From Thermodesulfobacteriota bacterium (GTDB taxonomy: Bacteria > Desulfobacterota > Desulfobacteria > Desulfobacterales > SURF-7), in assembly GCA_049320885.1 (NCBI GenBank), contig JBMORA010000001.1, positions 132,095-196,094 on the forward strand: DNA of 64,000 nucleotides, written 5' to 3'. The notes beneath the pieces are model-generated. The model was not told the DNA's origin and ran no database searches. It saw nothing but the letters and a program-made list of their open reading frames with translations. Positions 36,744 to 45,836 of the stretch are shown in pieces. A program made the translations under genes and the position numbers. Every line of letters starts with the position of its first letter. Position 1 is the first letter of the stretch.

Positions 36744-38876
36744 CTACCAATACCAGCCGATCGTGCCGGTCACCCCCCGCACATTGTCATAGTCGACCTG
36801 GATGACAATCGGCCATTTCAGATACTCCGGGAAATAACTCAGCCCCCCGCCATAGAGGGCCTGAATTTTGCTGTCCGACGATTCCTCATAGATTCGCCCC
36901 GTGGCTTCCGAGCGGGAAAGCTCGCTTTCGGTGTATATGGTGCACCCGCCGATGGCCGACAGGTAGAGATCGGTGGAACCGATCTCCACCCCCAATTTGC
37001 CGAGCAGGCCGAATTCGGTTCCCTTTCTCTCACTCTCCAACCGGATGCAATCATCATTGGGACATGGCGAGGAAATCGTTGGCTCCGGGAGAGCCCTGTC
37101 GCTATGGGGAATAAACGGGATTCCGACTCCGAACAACAGGTTCAGATTGCCGAGGCGGATTTCATTGGCACCGGTTTCCACCGTGACATTAAATTCATCC
37201 GCCTCGCCGCCGCCGCCGCCGCCCGCGGCAAAATATCCTGCCCGGGCGGGAGTGGTCATGGACAGAAGCCCCACCAGCAGGAACGACCAAATGATCAGCC
37301 GGGTTCTCCTTGCGGCCCGTGCGGCCGCGATCACCAGGAATAGGGCGGACGCGAGCAGAAAGAGGCCATGCCGCCCTTCATATGCACTGTCTGATATGCT
37401 GGACGGCGACAGGGCGCCGATAAAGCAACCACCGATGTCCACAACGGGAAGCGCCTCGTCCGGCCGCACCGTAACGGTGGTCGTGTCCGTATGCGATATG
37501 CCGGATCCGGTTGAGACGGTTAACTGAAACTGGAGGACAACCCCACTGGCGCCTCCCAGGGGCGCCACAAAAGAGGCAACCCGGCCCTCCGGTTCTTTCA
37601 ACCTGACTGTGGGTCCGGAGGTTTGCCGCCATTGATAGACCGCGGTCCCGTCCGGATCATAGGAGCTGCTTCCATCCAACGTCACCTCCTGATCGGCGAA
37701 GGCTTCCTGATCCGCGCCGGCGTCCGCCACCGGGGGGTAGGACAGGCTCGATCCGGCTCCAGCAAAGGCCTCACCGGCAATCGGCTGGTATTCGACAACG
37801 GGTAAGCGGTAGTCATTGTTGTGATCATAAATCGAATTGTCGATGACTGTCGAATCGGCGGTCCCCCACCAGTTGCCGGTCATCGCCAGTGTGGACAGGC
37901 TTTCCGCCCAGTCGTAGGTATATACGATGTATCCGGGATAGCCCTCCAGACTGAAATTGTTTCCCGTGATCCGCAATTCAAAAGCGGCCGCGTCCGCAAC
38001 GCTGACGGCGATAAGACCGACGACGGAATGTTCGGCCTGCAACTCATTGGCGGTGATGCCGATTTCGGCCGGAGTTACCGGACCATCGGAAACAGTGGCG
38101 TTGAAAACAAGCCGCATAGCGCTTCCGATGGCATTCGAATCCGTGTCGACCACCGTATTGTTGACCACCTGAAGATCATGGGAACGGATGGAGAAATCCA
38201 AGGCCCGCTTGTTATTCAACAAATAATTGTCGGCGACAAGCCCTCCCTCGGCTGAAAACAAAATGCCGGTTGCATTGCCGTAGATCTGGTTTGAAACGAT
38301 CCGGATATCACCGCTGGGGGAAATGAGGTTGCTTGAATTGGCTGCGGCGGTGGATGAGATCCCCGCCGAGGAACTGAACCGAATCGCATTGCCGACAATA
38401 TAGGGCATGGCGTTGGCGGTGACAATCATCCCGGTGACATCGGGATCATTTCCGCCATACTCGACGATGCAATAGGCGATTACGCTTCCGGTTCCGGTGG
38501 ATTCGTTATAATCCCGGCTGCTGTCACTGAAGACAATCGCCCCCCAGGGAATCCGCCTGTCCAGACTGGTAAACACAATGGGGGTAGCGGGGGTTCCCCT
38601 GGCGACAAGGGTCCCCTCCACCCGGATGGTGTGCCCCCGGCTGCCGTCCGGACGCGGCGTGAAAATCACCTCCACACCGGGTTCAATGGTCAGGACGGCG
38701 CTCTGTTCGATCAGAACATCGCCGGTTATGACGATGGGGCTGTCCGATACATTCCAGCCGGTGTCCGAACTGATGACACCGTTGAAATTCATGGAGGCGA
38801 ACACGGATAACGGTCCGCCCGACACCAGGATCAGCATCAAGAAAGACCCGACGACAAGGCCTTTTCGTATTCGCAT
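36744..38876 (-). CDS. secreted right-handed beta-helix + PKD-like protein fused in frame to a TM/Arg-cluster segment and a C-terminal small beta-barrel
   Basis: GGAGG lies 5 nt before ATG 38876. Signal peptide present. Parallel beta-helix-like repeats (NNTVV, GNAIRF, SNQIYGN). PKD/REJ-like domain (VTLDGSSSYDPDGTAVYQWRQTSGP). Hydrophobic helix plus AARAARRTR. The last ~165 aa show an alternating beta-strand pattern ending GTIGWYW. Confidence 0.75.
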   Translation of the reverse strand: MRIRKGLVVGSFLMLILVSGGPLSVFASMNFNGVISSDTGWNVSDSPIVITGDVLIEQSAVLTIEPGVEVIFTPRPDGSRGHTIRVEGTLVARGTPATPIVFTSLDRRIPWGAIVFSDSSRDYNESTGTGSVIAYCIVEYGGNDPDVTGMIVTANAMPYIVGNAIRFSSSAGISSTAAANSSNLISPSGDIRIVSNQIYGNATGILFSAEGGLVADNYLLNNKRALDFSIRSHDLQVVNNTVVDTDSNAIGSAMRLVFNATVSDGPVTPAEIGITANELQAEHSVVGLIAVSVADAAAFELRITGNNFSLEGYPGYIVYTYDWAESLSTLAMTGNWWGTADSTVIDNSIYDHNNDYRLPVVEYQPIAGEAFAGAGSSLSYPPVADAGADQEAFADQEVTLDGSSSYDPDGTAVYQWRQTSGPTVRLKEPEGRVASFVAPLGGASGVVLQFQLTVSTGSGISHTDTTTVTVRPDEALPVVDIGGCFIGALSPSSISDSAYEGRHGLFLLASALFLVIAAARAARRTRLIIWSFLLVGLLSMTTPARAGYFAAGGGGGGEADEFNVTVETGANEIRLGNLNLLFGVGIPFIPHSDRALPEPTISSPCPNDDCIRLESERKGTEFGLLGKLGVEIGSTDLYLSAIGGCTIYTESELSRSEATGRIYEESSDSKIQALYGGGLSYFPEYLKWPIVIQVDYDNVRGVTGTIGWYW

Positions 38877-38966
38877 GCAACCTCCAGATATAGTGGCTTC
38901 ATTGTGTTAGCGGTCATCCAGCCCGATCCCGCGGCCTGTTCATTTCCATCATATGCCGGTTTCCGT

Positions 38967-40247
38967 TCACGGGTTTAACCGGACTTCCCGCTCGGGCTTC
39001 AGGGATACCGATAATATTCCGCGGTTCTCCACATAGTTGTTGGCGGTATCGTCCGAGTATAACTTCCGGAAAACGTATTCCAGCCGCACAGCCATCCAGG
39101 GCAATGCCTGATAAACCAGTCCGGCGTTGCTTCGCCATATGGTGTCTTCCCGCTCGGGAGCCTGGTCCATGTAGATGTTCCGGCGGTAACCGGTGCCGAT
39201 CGAACCGGACAGCCTTTTGCCCAGCTGCTGGCTCACGCTTCCCGACATATGATAAAAAGGGCTGAACCCCAGATTTTCAGCTCCATAAGAGGCGATATCA
39301 TACCCGACCTTGCCGGAGACGGCAATGGCGCTGCCTTCATCCCAGCTGTAGGCGCTTTCTATGGAGCCGACAATTCCGGTATCATCATCACCCGCCTCGG
39401 TGTCCCGGAAAAAATAACCGAAACTGGCCCCCAAACTTGAATTGGCTTGTTCCTTCCAGTCGAATCCCACCAGGGAACTGTGGACCTGATAGTCATCCCC
39501 CCCGGCCATGAAAACCGTATCCACGTGCGAATAGGCGATGTACCCCTCGAATTGACGCCCAAAACGCTTGATCAGACGCAGTTTGTTCATCACATCGTCA
39601 AAGTCTTCAGAAATTTCAAGGTCGTTACGTGTATATTTGCATTCCCATTCCAGGGCATATCGGCTGGGCGACATCCAGTACATGAGCAAAAGACTTGGTC
39701 GATAGTATTCCTTGTTTTCAAGACTCGGGTCTTCGTTGTCGATCAGATAGTATTCATACCGGAGTGCGATGGAATCGTTTTTGCCGAATTGATTCAGGAT
39801 GCCGAAACTGGCCGTATTGGTCTGATAGGGCTCGCGGCCCTGCCGGACGGTGAAATCCGTATCGGAAATCGGATCCTCCGTATACAGATACCGGTTTCCC
39901 AGTTCGATCCTGGTATTGTCGGTAATCTTGCCCCAGGCCCCGACGGCTGCGCTGTGGCGCAAAATGTTGTTTTCGGGGAAACGGGTATAGGAGGCGTAGG
40001 TCGGGTTGTAGGAAATGGTGAGGGCGCTGTTCCTCTCGTACATGCTCAAATCCACCCCCGGATTGAGTGTGGTGATATAGTCATATTCCTCATCCTCGGG
40101 GGTCAGGCTGGCATTGTCCGTGAAAGTGCTGCTGATGGTGAGTCCGGGCGTGAACTGAATGGTGGCGGCGGCTCTTGCCGTCATCAGAAGAAAGCACAGC
40201 ACAATAACGCCCAGATATCTCATGGCATGATAACTATATGAATTCAT
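38967..40247 (-). CDS. outer-membrane beta-barrel protein (EPS-locus associated)
   Basis: Signal peptide (LGVIVLCFLLMTARAAA). Y/G/S/N/D-rich alternating strands throughout. The start is uncertain (ATG 40247 or 40223; the TTG 40256 extension is unlikely). Confidence 0.6.
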   Translation of the reverse strand: MNSYSYHAMRYLGVIVLCFLLMTARAAATIQFTPGLTISSTFTDNASLTPEDEEYDYITTLNPGVDLSMYERNSALTISYNPTYASYTRFPENNILRHSAAVGAWGKITDNTRIELGNRYLYTEDPISDTDFTVRQGREPYQTNTASFGILNQFGKNDSIALRYEYYLIDNEDPSLENKEYYRPSLLLMYWMSPSRYALEWECKYTRNDLEISEDFDDVMNKLRLIKRFGRQFEGYIAYSHVDTVFMAGGDDYQVHSSLVGFDWKEQANSSLGASFGYFFRDTEAGDDDTGIVGSIESAYSWDEGSAIAVSGKVGYDIASYGAENLGFSPFYHMSGSVSQQLGKRLSGSIGTGYRRNIYMDQAPEREDTIWRSNAGLVYQALPWMAVRLEYVFRKLYSDDTANNYVENRGILSVSLKPEREVRLNP

Positions 40248-40529
40248 TGTGCGCAATAAATGTCGTTCTCTTCCAATCCGCTTGATTTACACGAATGCCG
40301 GACATTTCTTTCTTCCGCTCTCCGCGATTGATGACAATATGCATGAGACAAGCAGTTCCGCGCCCTGTTTTTCCTTGAAAAACAGACGCAAGTTCACCGA
40401 ACCCGGCATGGCGGCAGGGGGCTGTTTTCTCAAGTGCCCTTTTATATTAAAAAAACAATTACGTGTCAAGGAGATATCACCGATTTTTCCGGATAAATAA
40501 TATCATTGAGATATCGATGTCGATGCACT

Positions 40530-42101
40530 ATGATACTTCGCCAAAAAGGCGCGCAACGGGAATCAGGGAAAAGCGTGGGGAAGAACTCAGAAAAAAAACC
40601 AACCGGTGACGGATCGTTCGGCGTCAATGTGGCTTTAATGGCCGGTGGAACAACCTTTTCCAGCGCCCTGGTGTTCCTGGCCGAACCGGTTACGTCCAGG
40701 ATGTTTCCGCCGGAAGCCTTCGGGGCGGCGTCCACATTCTATGCCGGGGCGACCATTCTTGGCACCGTCGCTTGCCTGAGATATGAAATGGCCCTGCTGC
40801 TGCCGAAGGAGGAAGAAGATGCGGGCAATATCTTTTTTCTGTGTATTTTCATTCTCACGGCAATAACGGTCTTAGCCGGCATTTCGGTCTATGGCATCGG
40901 GCGGCATGTCCTGGCGCTGCTGCGCATGGAAGCACTCTGGCCTGCAAGCCTGTGGCTGTTCCCGGCCGCCGTATTTTTGACCGGACTGGATTTGCTGCTC
41001 CGTAGATGGCATACGCGTCAAAAGCGGTTCAACAGCATCGCCTTATCCCGCGCGATGCAATCCATCCCACGGGTCCTTGCGGAGGTCTGCGGCGGGGCGG
41101 CCGGTTTCATCAGCGCCACCAATTTTACTTCCTTCAGGGTTTTCGGACTCATCGGCAGCCCGTTGAATCTCTCCTATGCCTTCCTGAAGCACGATCTAAC
41201 CAGGGTGTATCAGCACTTTACGAAAGCAGGTTTGCTTGCCGCCGCCATTCGATACATCAAATTCCCGCTGTATGAATCCGCATCCGCCCTGGTGATGCTG
41301 CTGTCCTTATATTCACCCATCATTCTGCTGTCTTCCTTCTTCGGCCCCGACAAGGCAGGACTGTTTTCGAAGGCTTTTTACCTGTTGTATATGCCCATCC
41401 TGATAGTCGGAGACTCGACCAGCCAGGCGTTTTTTCAATTGTCCTCGCATAGAAAAGCCATGGGCAAGGAATTGGGCGCCGTGGTGGAATCGGTTCTTAC
41501 CAGAATGATCAGTATCGGCGTGCTTCCATTCTCCCTCATCGCTTTGGCAGGACCGAAGATCTTCAGCTTTGTCCTGGGCTCCTGGTGGTCCGAAGCCGGC
41601 ATATATGCCCAAATCATTTGCCCCTGGCTGTTCGTCGTGCTGTTGAACAATTCCATTTCAACCCTTTTCGGGACACTCGAACGTCAGGGTGCCGGCCTCC
41701 TGTTTAATCTCGTCCTCATTGCGTTTCGTTTGGGCGTTCTGTTCCTGGGGGGATTGCTGATAAAAGATGCGCTTGTCACCGCCATGCTTTTCACGGCAAC
41801 CAGCGTTCTGATCATCCTGCTGATGTCTTCTTATCTCATCCGGCAAGTCGGTTCATCCTACCGGCGGTTATGGCGGCATTTTTTCCAAAGCCTCCTGATG
41901 GCGTTCCCAACCCTGGTGATGACGGCCTTGGTCGACCGGGTTTTCAAGGCGCCACCCGGATATGTCTTTGTCACGGCTGTGCTTTCGTCACTGCCTTACC
42001 TCATGATGGTTTTTCGCTCTGATCCGGAATTACGGAATTTATCGCTGAATCTTCTGGAAAAACTGGGTGTACATGGTAAAAGAAATTCCGACAAAAATTG
42101 A
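40530..42101 (+). CDS. polysaccharide flippase (MOP/Wzx family)
   Basis: About 12-14 TM helices, typical size and layout. ATG 40530 taken as the start. Confidence 0.75.
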   Translation: MILRQKGAQRESGKSVGKNSEKKPTGDGSFGVNVALMAGGTTFSSALVFLAEPVTSRMFPPEAFGAASTFYAGATILGTVACLRYEMALLLPKEEEDAGNIFFLCIFILTAITVLAGISVYGIGRHVLALLRMEALWPASLWLFPAAVFLTGLDLLLRRWHTRQKRFNSIALSRAMQSIPRVLAEVCGGAAGFISATNFTSFRVFGLIGSPLNLSYAFLKHDLTRVYQHFTKAGLLAAAIRYIKFPLYESASALVMLLSLYSPIILLSSFFGPDKAGLFSKAFYLLYMPILIVGDSTSQAFFQLSSHRKAMGKELGAVVESVLTRMISIGVLPFSLIALAGPKIFSFVLGSWWSEAGIYAQIICPWLFVVLLNNSISTLFGTLERQGAGLLFNLVLIAFRLGVLFLGGLLIKDALVTAMLFTATSVLIILLMSSYLIRQVGSSYRRLWRHFFQSLLMAFPTLVMTALVDRVFKAPPGYVFVTAVLSSLPYLMMVFRSDPELRNLSLNLLEKLGVHGKRNSDKN

Positions 42102-42142
42102 TATCTCATCTGCCCCTTATCGTGATCAAGTAGGGTGATAAC

Positions 42143-43666
42143 ATGAAAGTAAACATGCGTTGCCACGAAGTGAAGGAACTGCCGAAACTGGCATGGATCG
42201 CCTCTCATGAACTTGGTTCCGGGACAATCACCGTCTGCCATGGTTCCGCCGTGGAATACGGAGATACCTGGATCGTGGAAGGCGTGTGGGACAATGACTT
42301 CCATTCGGCCGATTTTCACACAAGCGACATTTTTTTTGGCAGCGGCATCCGGGTCGACGACGAGACGATCCATTTCGTTCCCTCGAGGGCCTTGGTGGAC
42401 AGAATCGTATACTGCCGTAACGACCGGCGTCTGATCGTGTCCAACAGTCTCGTCGTGCTTATGGCCCATACCGGCGCACGCCTGAATCTGGAACATGATT
42501 ACCGGTCCGAAGCGTTCACGATCCTTGACGGCGTCAAAAAGTATAAACGGGAATTTTCCATCCTGCATCCGGAAATCACCTGCTTTTACCAGTTGTTCCG
42601 CCACAATCTCTTGGTTACCGGTGAGGCGATCTCCTTTTCGGATGAAAAGGAGTCCAGACCGATCCGCTCGTTCGCAGAATACCATGGTCTTATGACGGAA
42701 ACACTGGAGAGGATCAGGCGGAACTACGAAAGCAGCGACAGGAAGCACCCGGTTTCGACCTTCACCACCATGTCGTCCGGATACGACTCCACCGCCGTAT
42801 CGGCGCTCGTCAGCAAGATCGGGGTGGACGATTGTTTTACCAGTAAAATGAGCAATTCGATTCTGCCGGCCTGGCTCAGCCCCAGAATCGCCATGGACGA
42901 CGGAAGCCCCGTGGCCGAGTCCTTGGGCTATACCGTTCACTACCTGGATCATGACAACATTTCCGAGGACGAATTATACTTTCTGGCGGCAAGTTGCGCC
43001 GGGCCGGAGTCGGTTTATTATTCTTTGGCCCGGAAAATTTATTCCGATTGCCAGGTCGGATTGGTTTTCACCGGATATCACGGCGATGTCATGTGGGATC
43101 TGAAACTGAAACCCGGAGAATCCGGGGGCGACATCATACGTGGGGACACATCCGGATTCAATCTGGCGGAAATCCGCTTGAAAAGCGGGTTCATTCATGT
43201 GCCTGTTCCCTTCATGTACGCGAGCAGCGTCAAGGATGTTGTGGGAATCAGTCTGTCCGAGGAGATGTTTCCGTGGCGCCTGTTCAACGATTATGACCGG
43301 CCTGTCGCAAGACGCATCCTGGAAACTTCCGGCGTGCCTCGAAATTATTTTGGATTCCGCAAAAAAGGAGTCACCAGGTATTACAACTACCCCAAGAACA
43401 TGAAACTGAGAAGGCGGTTTTTCACGTTTCTGAAACAGCAGCAACAGACATCATCCCTCCTCGTTTATGCCTATGCTTTTTTCGTTCACTACCCCGTCCT
43501 GATCCTGATGGGCGTGCTGTACAATATCGGGCTTGGGAAAATCATCGACAAAAATCGGCGGCCGGGATTGGATTTGTCCAGGAAAATGTTCGTGTGGGCG
43601 GCCAATTCATTGGCTGAAACCACTGCTCACGACTGCAACGGATTCTCCATCGGTGAAGCTCCATGA
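42143..43666 (+). CDS. PP-loop ATP pyrophosphatase-like protein (asparagine-synthetase-related, without the Cys2 nucleophile)
   Basis: TTMSSGYDSTAVSALV resembles the SGGxDS PP-loop. The N-terminal half is the size of an Ntn amidotransferase domain, but the protein starts MKVNMRCH... with no Cys at position 2. Confidence 0.5.
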   Translation: MKVNMRCHEVKELPKLAWIASHELGSGTITVCHGSAVEYGDTWIVEGVWDNDFHSADFHTSDIFFGSGIRVDDETIHFVPSRALVDRIVYCRNDRRLIVSNSLVVLMAHTGARLNLEHDYRSEAFTILDGVKKYKREFSILHPEITCFYQLFRHNLLVTGEAISFSDEKESRPIRSFAEYHGLMTETLERIRRNYESSDRKHPVSTFTTMSSGYDSTAVSALVSKIGVDDCFTSKMSNSILPAWLSPRIAMDDGSPVAESLGYTVHYLDHDNISEDELYFLAASCAGPESVYYSLARKIYSDCQVGLVFTGYHGDVMWDLKLKPGESGGDIIRGDTSGFNLAEIRLKSGFIHVPVPFMYASSVKDVVGISLSEEMFPWRLFNDYDRPVARRILETSGVPRNYFGFRKKGVTRYYNYPKNMKLRRRFFTFLKQQQQTSSLLVYAYAFFVHYPVLILMGVLYNIGLGKIIDKNRRPGLDLSRKMFVWAANSLAETTAHDCNGFSIGEAP

Positions 43667-44589
43667 AATTTAAACGGTATCACAAATCCATGCAGCTGGA
43701 CGACTCCCAGATGATTCCGGAAGCCCCTTCCTGCGCCTTTTGCTTTTCCAAGGACAGGATTCCTGTCTGGGTCTTGCAGAACAATCCGGCGGTGACCTTA
43801 CTGCTTTGCCGAAATTGCGACGCCGTTTCCGCCTCGCGCATGCCGACCGGCGAGACCCTTTCCGATTTTTACAATGACTACTATGATGAAAAAAGTTACT
43901 ACGGAAAAGGGAACAAAGTTACCTTTGATTTGACCAATAAATTCGCCAAACACATTATGCGCCTAGCTGCCCGGCATCTGAAGCAAAATAAATTATCCCT
44001 CCTCGATTTCGGCGGCGGGGATGGATCAATGGCCGTGCAACTGGGGAAAGAACTCCTGAAAACGACCTGCTCCCAGATTCACATCACCGTAGTCGACTAT
44101 CATACCGTCTTGCCGGCTGTCGATGATGACAGGATTCAGCTTGAATTCGCCGCCGACCTCGCGGATGTCATATCTGACGGCTATCATTTGGTTATCGCCA
44201 GCGCGGTCCTGGAACATCTGCCCGAACCCGGGAAAACCCTCGCCCGATTATTGAGCCTGTTGAAAATTGACGGCCTTTTTTATGCCAGAACGCCGTATAT
44301 GCTGCCTTTCATGAGGGGCGCCCATTCAATCGGTCATGAATGGGATTTCCACTACCCGTCCCATCTTCACGATCTGGGCCCATTGTTCTGGAACAAGATT
44401 TTTCCGATCATCGATCCCGGGAATTCTTACAGGACACTTCGATCACAACCCTCCATCGTCGAAACCTCCTTCCGAAAACATTTTTTGCGGACACTGATCG
44501 CCTATGGGTTCAAGCTCCCTTGGTATTTGCTGGGAAACCGCTACAAGATGGTGGGGGGATGGGAAATTCTCACAATAAAATCACAATAA
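43663..44589 (+). CDS. class I SAM-dependent methyltransferase with an N-terminal CxxC...CxxC zinc-ribbon-like motif
   Basis: LLDFGGGDGSMAV (motif I) and VIASAVLEHL (motif III region). CAFC...CRNC at the N-terminus. ATGA overlap with the upstream gene. Confidence 0.75.
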   Translation: MKFKRYHKSMQLDDSQMIPEAPSCAFCFSKDRIPVWVLQNNPAVTLLLCRNCDAVSASRMPTGETLSDFYNDYYDEKSYYGKGNKVTFDLTNKFAKHIMRLAARHLKQNKLSLLDFGGGDGSMAVQLGKELLKTTCSQIHITVVDYHTVLPAVDDDRIQLEFAADLADVISDGYHLVIASAVLEHLPEPGKTLARLLSLLKIDGLFYARTPYMLPFMRGAHSIGHEWDFHYPSHLHDLGPLFWNKIFPIIDPGNSYRTLRSQPSIVETSFRKHFLRTLIAYGFKLPWYLLGNRYKMVGGWEILTIKSQ

Positions 44590-44660
44590 AAAAATAACGA
44601 AATCAAAACTTTATGCACATAAGAATCATCCGAGCGGCTGGATGATTTTACATTCTTAAT

Positions 44661-44708
44661 AAAAAAAAGGGTTGCGGTACTTGATTTCCCGCAAACCCTT
44701 TTGTTTTT
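44661..44708. terminator. bidirectional rho-independent terminator
   Basis: A8-GGGTTGCGG-loop-CCGCAAACCC-TTTTGTTTTTT, between the methyltransferase gene (+) and the tRNA (-). Confidence 0.75.
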
Positions 44709-44710
44709 TG

Positions 44711-44797
44711 TGGTGCCGAAGGGGAGACTCGAACTCCCACCGGGGACCCCCGACTAGACCCTGAACCTAGCGCGTCTACCAGTTCCGCCACTTCGGC
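44711..44797 (-). tRNA. tRNA-Leu (anticodon CAG), type II with long variable arm and encoded CCA
   Basis: The minus strand reads GCCGAAGTGGCGGAACTGGTAGACGCGCTAGGTTCAGGGTCTAGTCGGGGGTCCCCGGTGGGAGTTCGAGTCTCCCCTTCGGCACCA. It folds as a cloverleaf with anticodon loop TTCAGGG and closely resembles E. coli tRNA-Leu(CAG). Confidence 0.95.
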
Positions 44798-44900
44798 TTG
44801 ATCTGAAAGCAAAAAACTGTTTGCTTTCAAATTTGAGATACACTATGTATACTGATTTGATATGCCTGTCAAGCAGATTATCAAGGATTTGTAAGCAACC

Positions 44901-45836
44901 ATGAAACTAATTCAAAACATTTATGAATTCACCGAAAAACTCCCGAATGCGGTGGTTACCATCGGCAATTTTGACGGCGTTCACAAAGGGCACCAGGCCC
45001 TGCTGGCCGAAGTCAAACAAAAGGCGGCCGCCCTGTCCGGAACATCCGTTGCCGTGACCTTCGAGCCCCATCCGATTCATGTGCTCCAGAACAATACCTA
45101 CCTTCCCCACATCACGTTGTTCGACCAGAAAATGGAGCTCCTCTCCCAAACAGGCATTGACGTAACGGTCTGCATTCCCTTCACAAAAGAATTCGCCAAG
45201 CTGACCGCCAAACAGTTTGTGGAAGATATCCTCGTTCGTCGCATCGGCATGAAAGCCATTGTGGTGGGAAAAGACTATGCTTTCGGTAAAAACCGCGAGG
45301 GAAACGTCGCTTTTTTGCAGGCCTGCGGGGAGCAACTCGGATTTGAAGTCATTATCAAAGATTGGGAGCGATACGGGGGAAACAAAGCGGAAAGGATCAG
45401 CAGCACCCAGATCCGGGAAACCGTAATGGAGGGAGACGTGGAAAAGGCCCGGGATTTTTTGGGCCGCTATTATCAAATCCGGGGAACCGTGGAAAAAGGC
45501 CGCGACCGCGGTGGGAAATTACTGGGTTTCCCCACCGCCAATATCCGGCTGCAGGGCGAGCTCTGCCCGAAAAGCGGTGTCTACGCCGTAACCGTGGAAT
45601 GTGCTGGCGGCCTTTACAAAGGCGTGGCCAATATCGGATACAGCCCGACGTTTACCGACCACCTGTTTACCATCGAGGTTCACATAATGGACTTTAACGA
45701 CAATATTTATAACCAAACCATATACGTGAATTTCGTCAAACGGTTACGGGATGAAAAGAAATTCTCCGACATTGCCCAACTTTCCGTACAGATCAACCAG
45801 GATATCCTGGCGGCGAGACATCTGCTGAATGAATAA
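44901..45836 (+). CDS. ribF: bifunctional riboflavin kinase / FMN adenylyltransferase
   Basis: GNFDGVHKGHQ at the N-terminus and GRDRGGKLLGFPTAN in the kinase domain. Confidence 0.9.
   Translation: MKLIQNIYEFTEKLPNAVVTIGNFDGVHKGHQALLAEVKQKAAALSGTSVAVTFEPHPIHVLQNNTYLPHITLFDQKMELLSQTGIDVTVCIPFTKEFAKLTAKQFVEDILVRRIGMKAIVVGKDYAFGKNREGNVAFLQACGEQLGFEVIIKDWERYGGNKAERISSTQIRETVMEGDVEKARDFLGRYYQIRGTVEKGRDRGGKLLGFPTANIRLQGELCPKSGVYAVTVECAGGLYKGVANIGYSPTFTDHLFTIEVHIMDFNDNIYNQTIYVNFVKRLRDEKKFSDIAQLSVQINQDILAARHLLNE

Noticed and set aside
37206-37223. (GCC)6 trinucleotide run (Gly6 on the coding strand), considered as a phase-variable simple sequence repeat.
   Set aside because: It has only six units and is in frame, so slippage would just change linker length. 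It is most simply a flexible Gly linker at the start of the barrel segment.
40257-40529. Divergent intergenic region between the OMP gene and the flippase gene, searched for a fifth sigma-54 promoter.
   Set aside because: No TGGCA-N6-TTGC match in either orientation. Only a short CTGTTTTT...AAAAACAG inverted repeat and generic A+T-rich sequence were seen.
44590-44900. Mobile-element signatures (integrase, att-like direct repeat) next to tRNA-Leu.
   Set aside because: None is visible within the window. The island hypothesis is kept only as a low-interest finding that needs flanking sequence.
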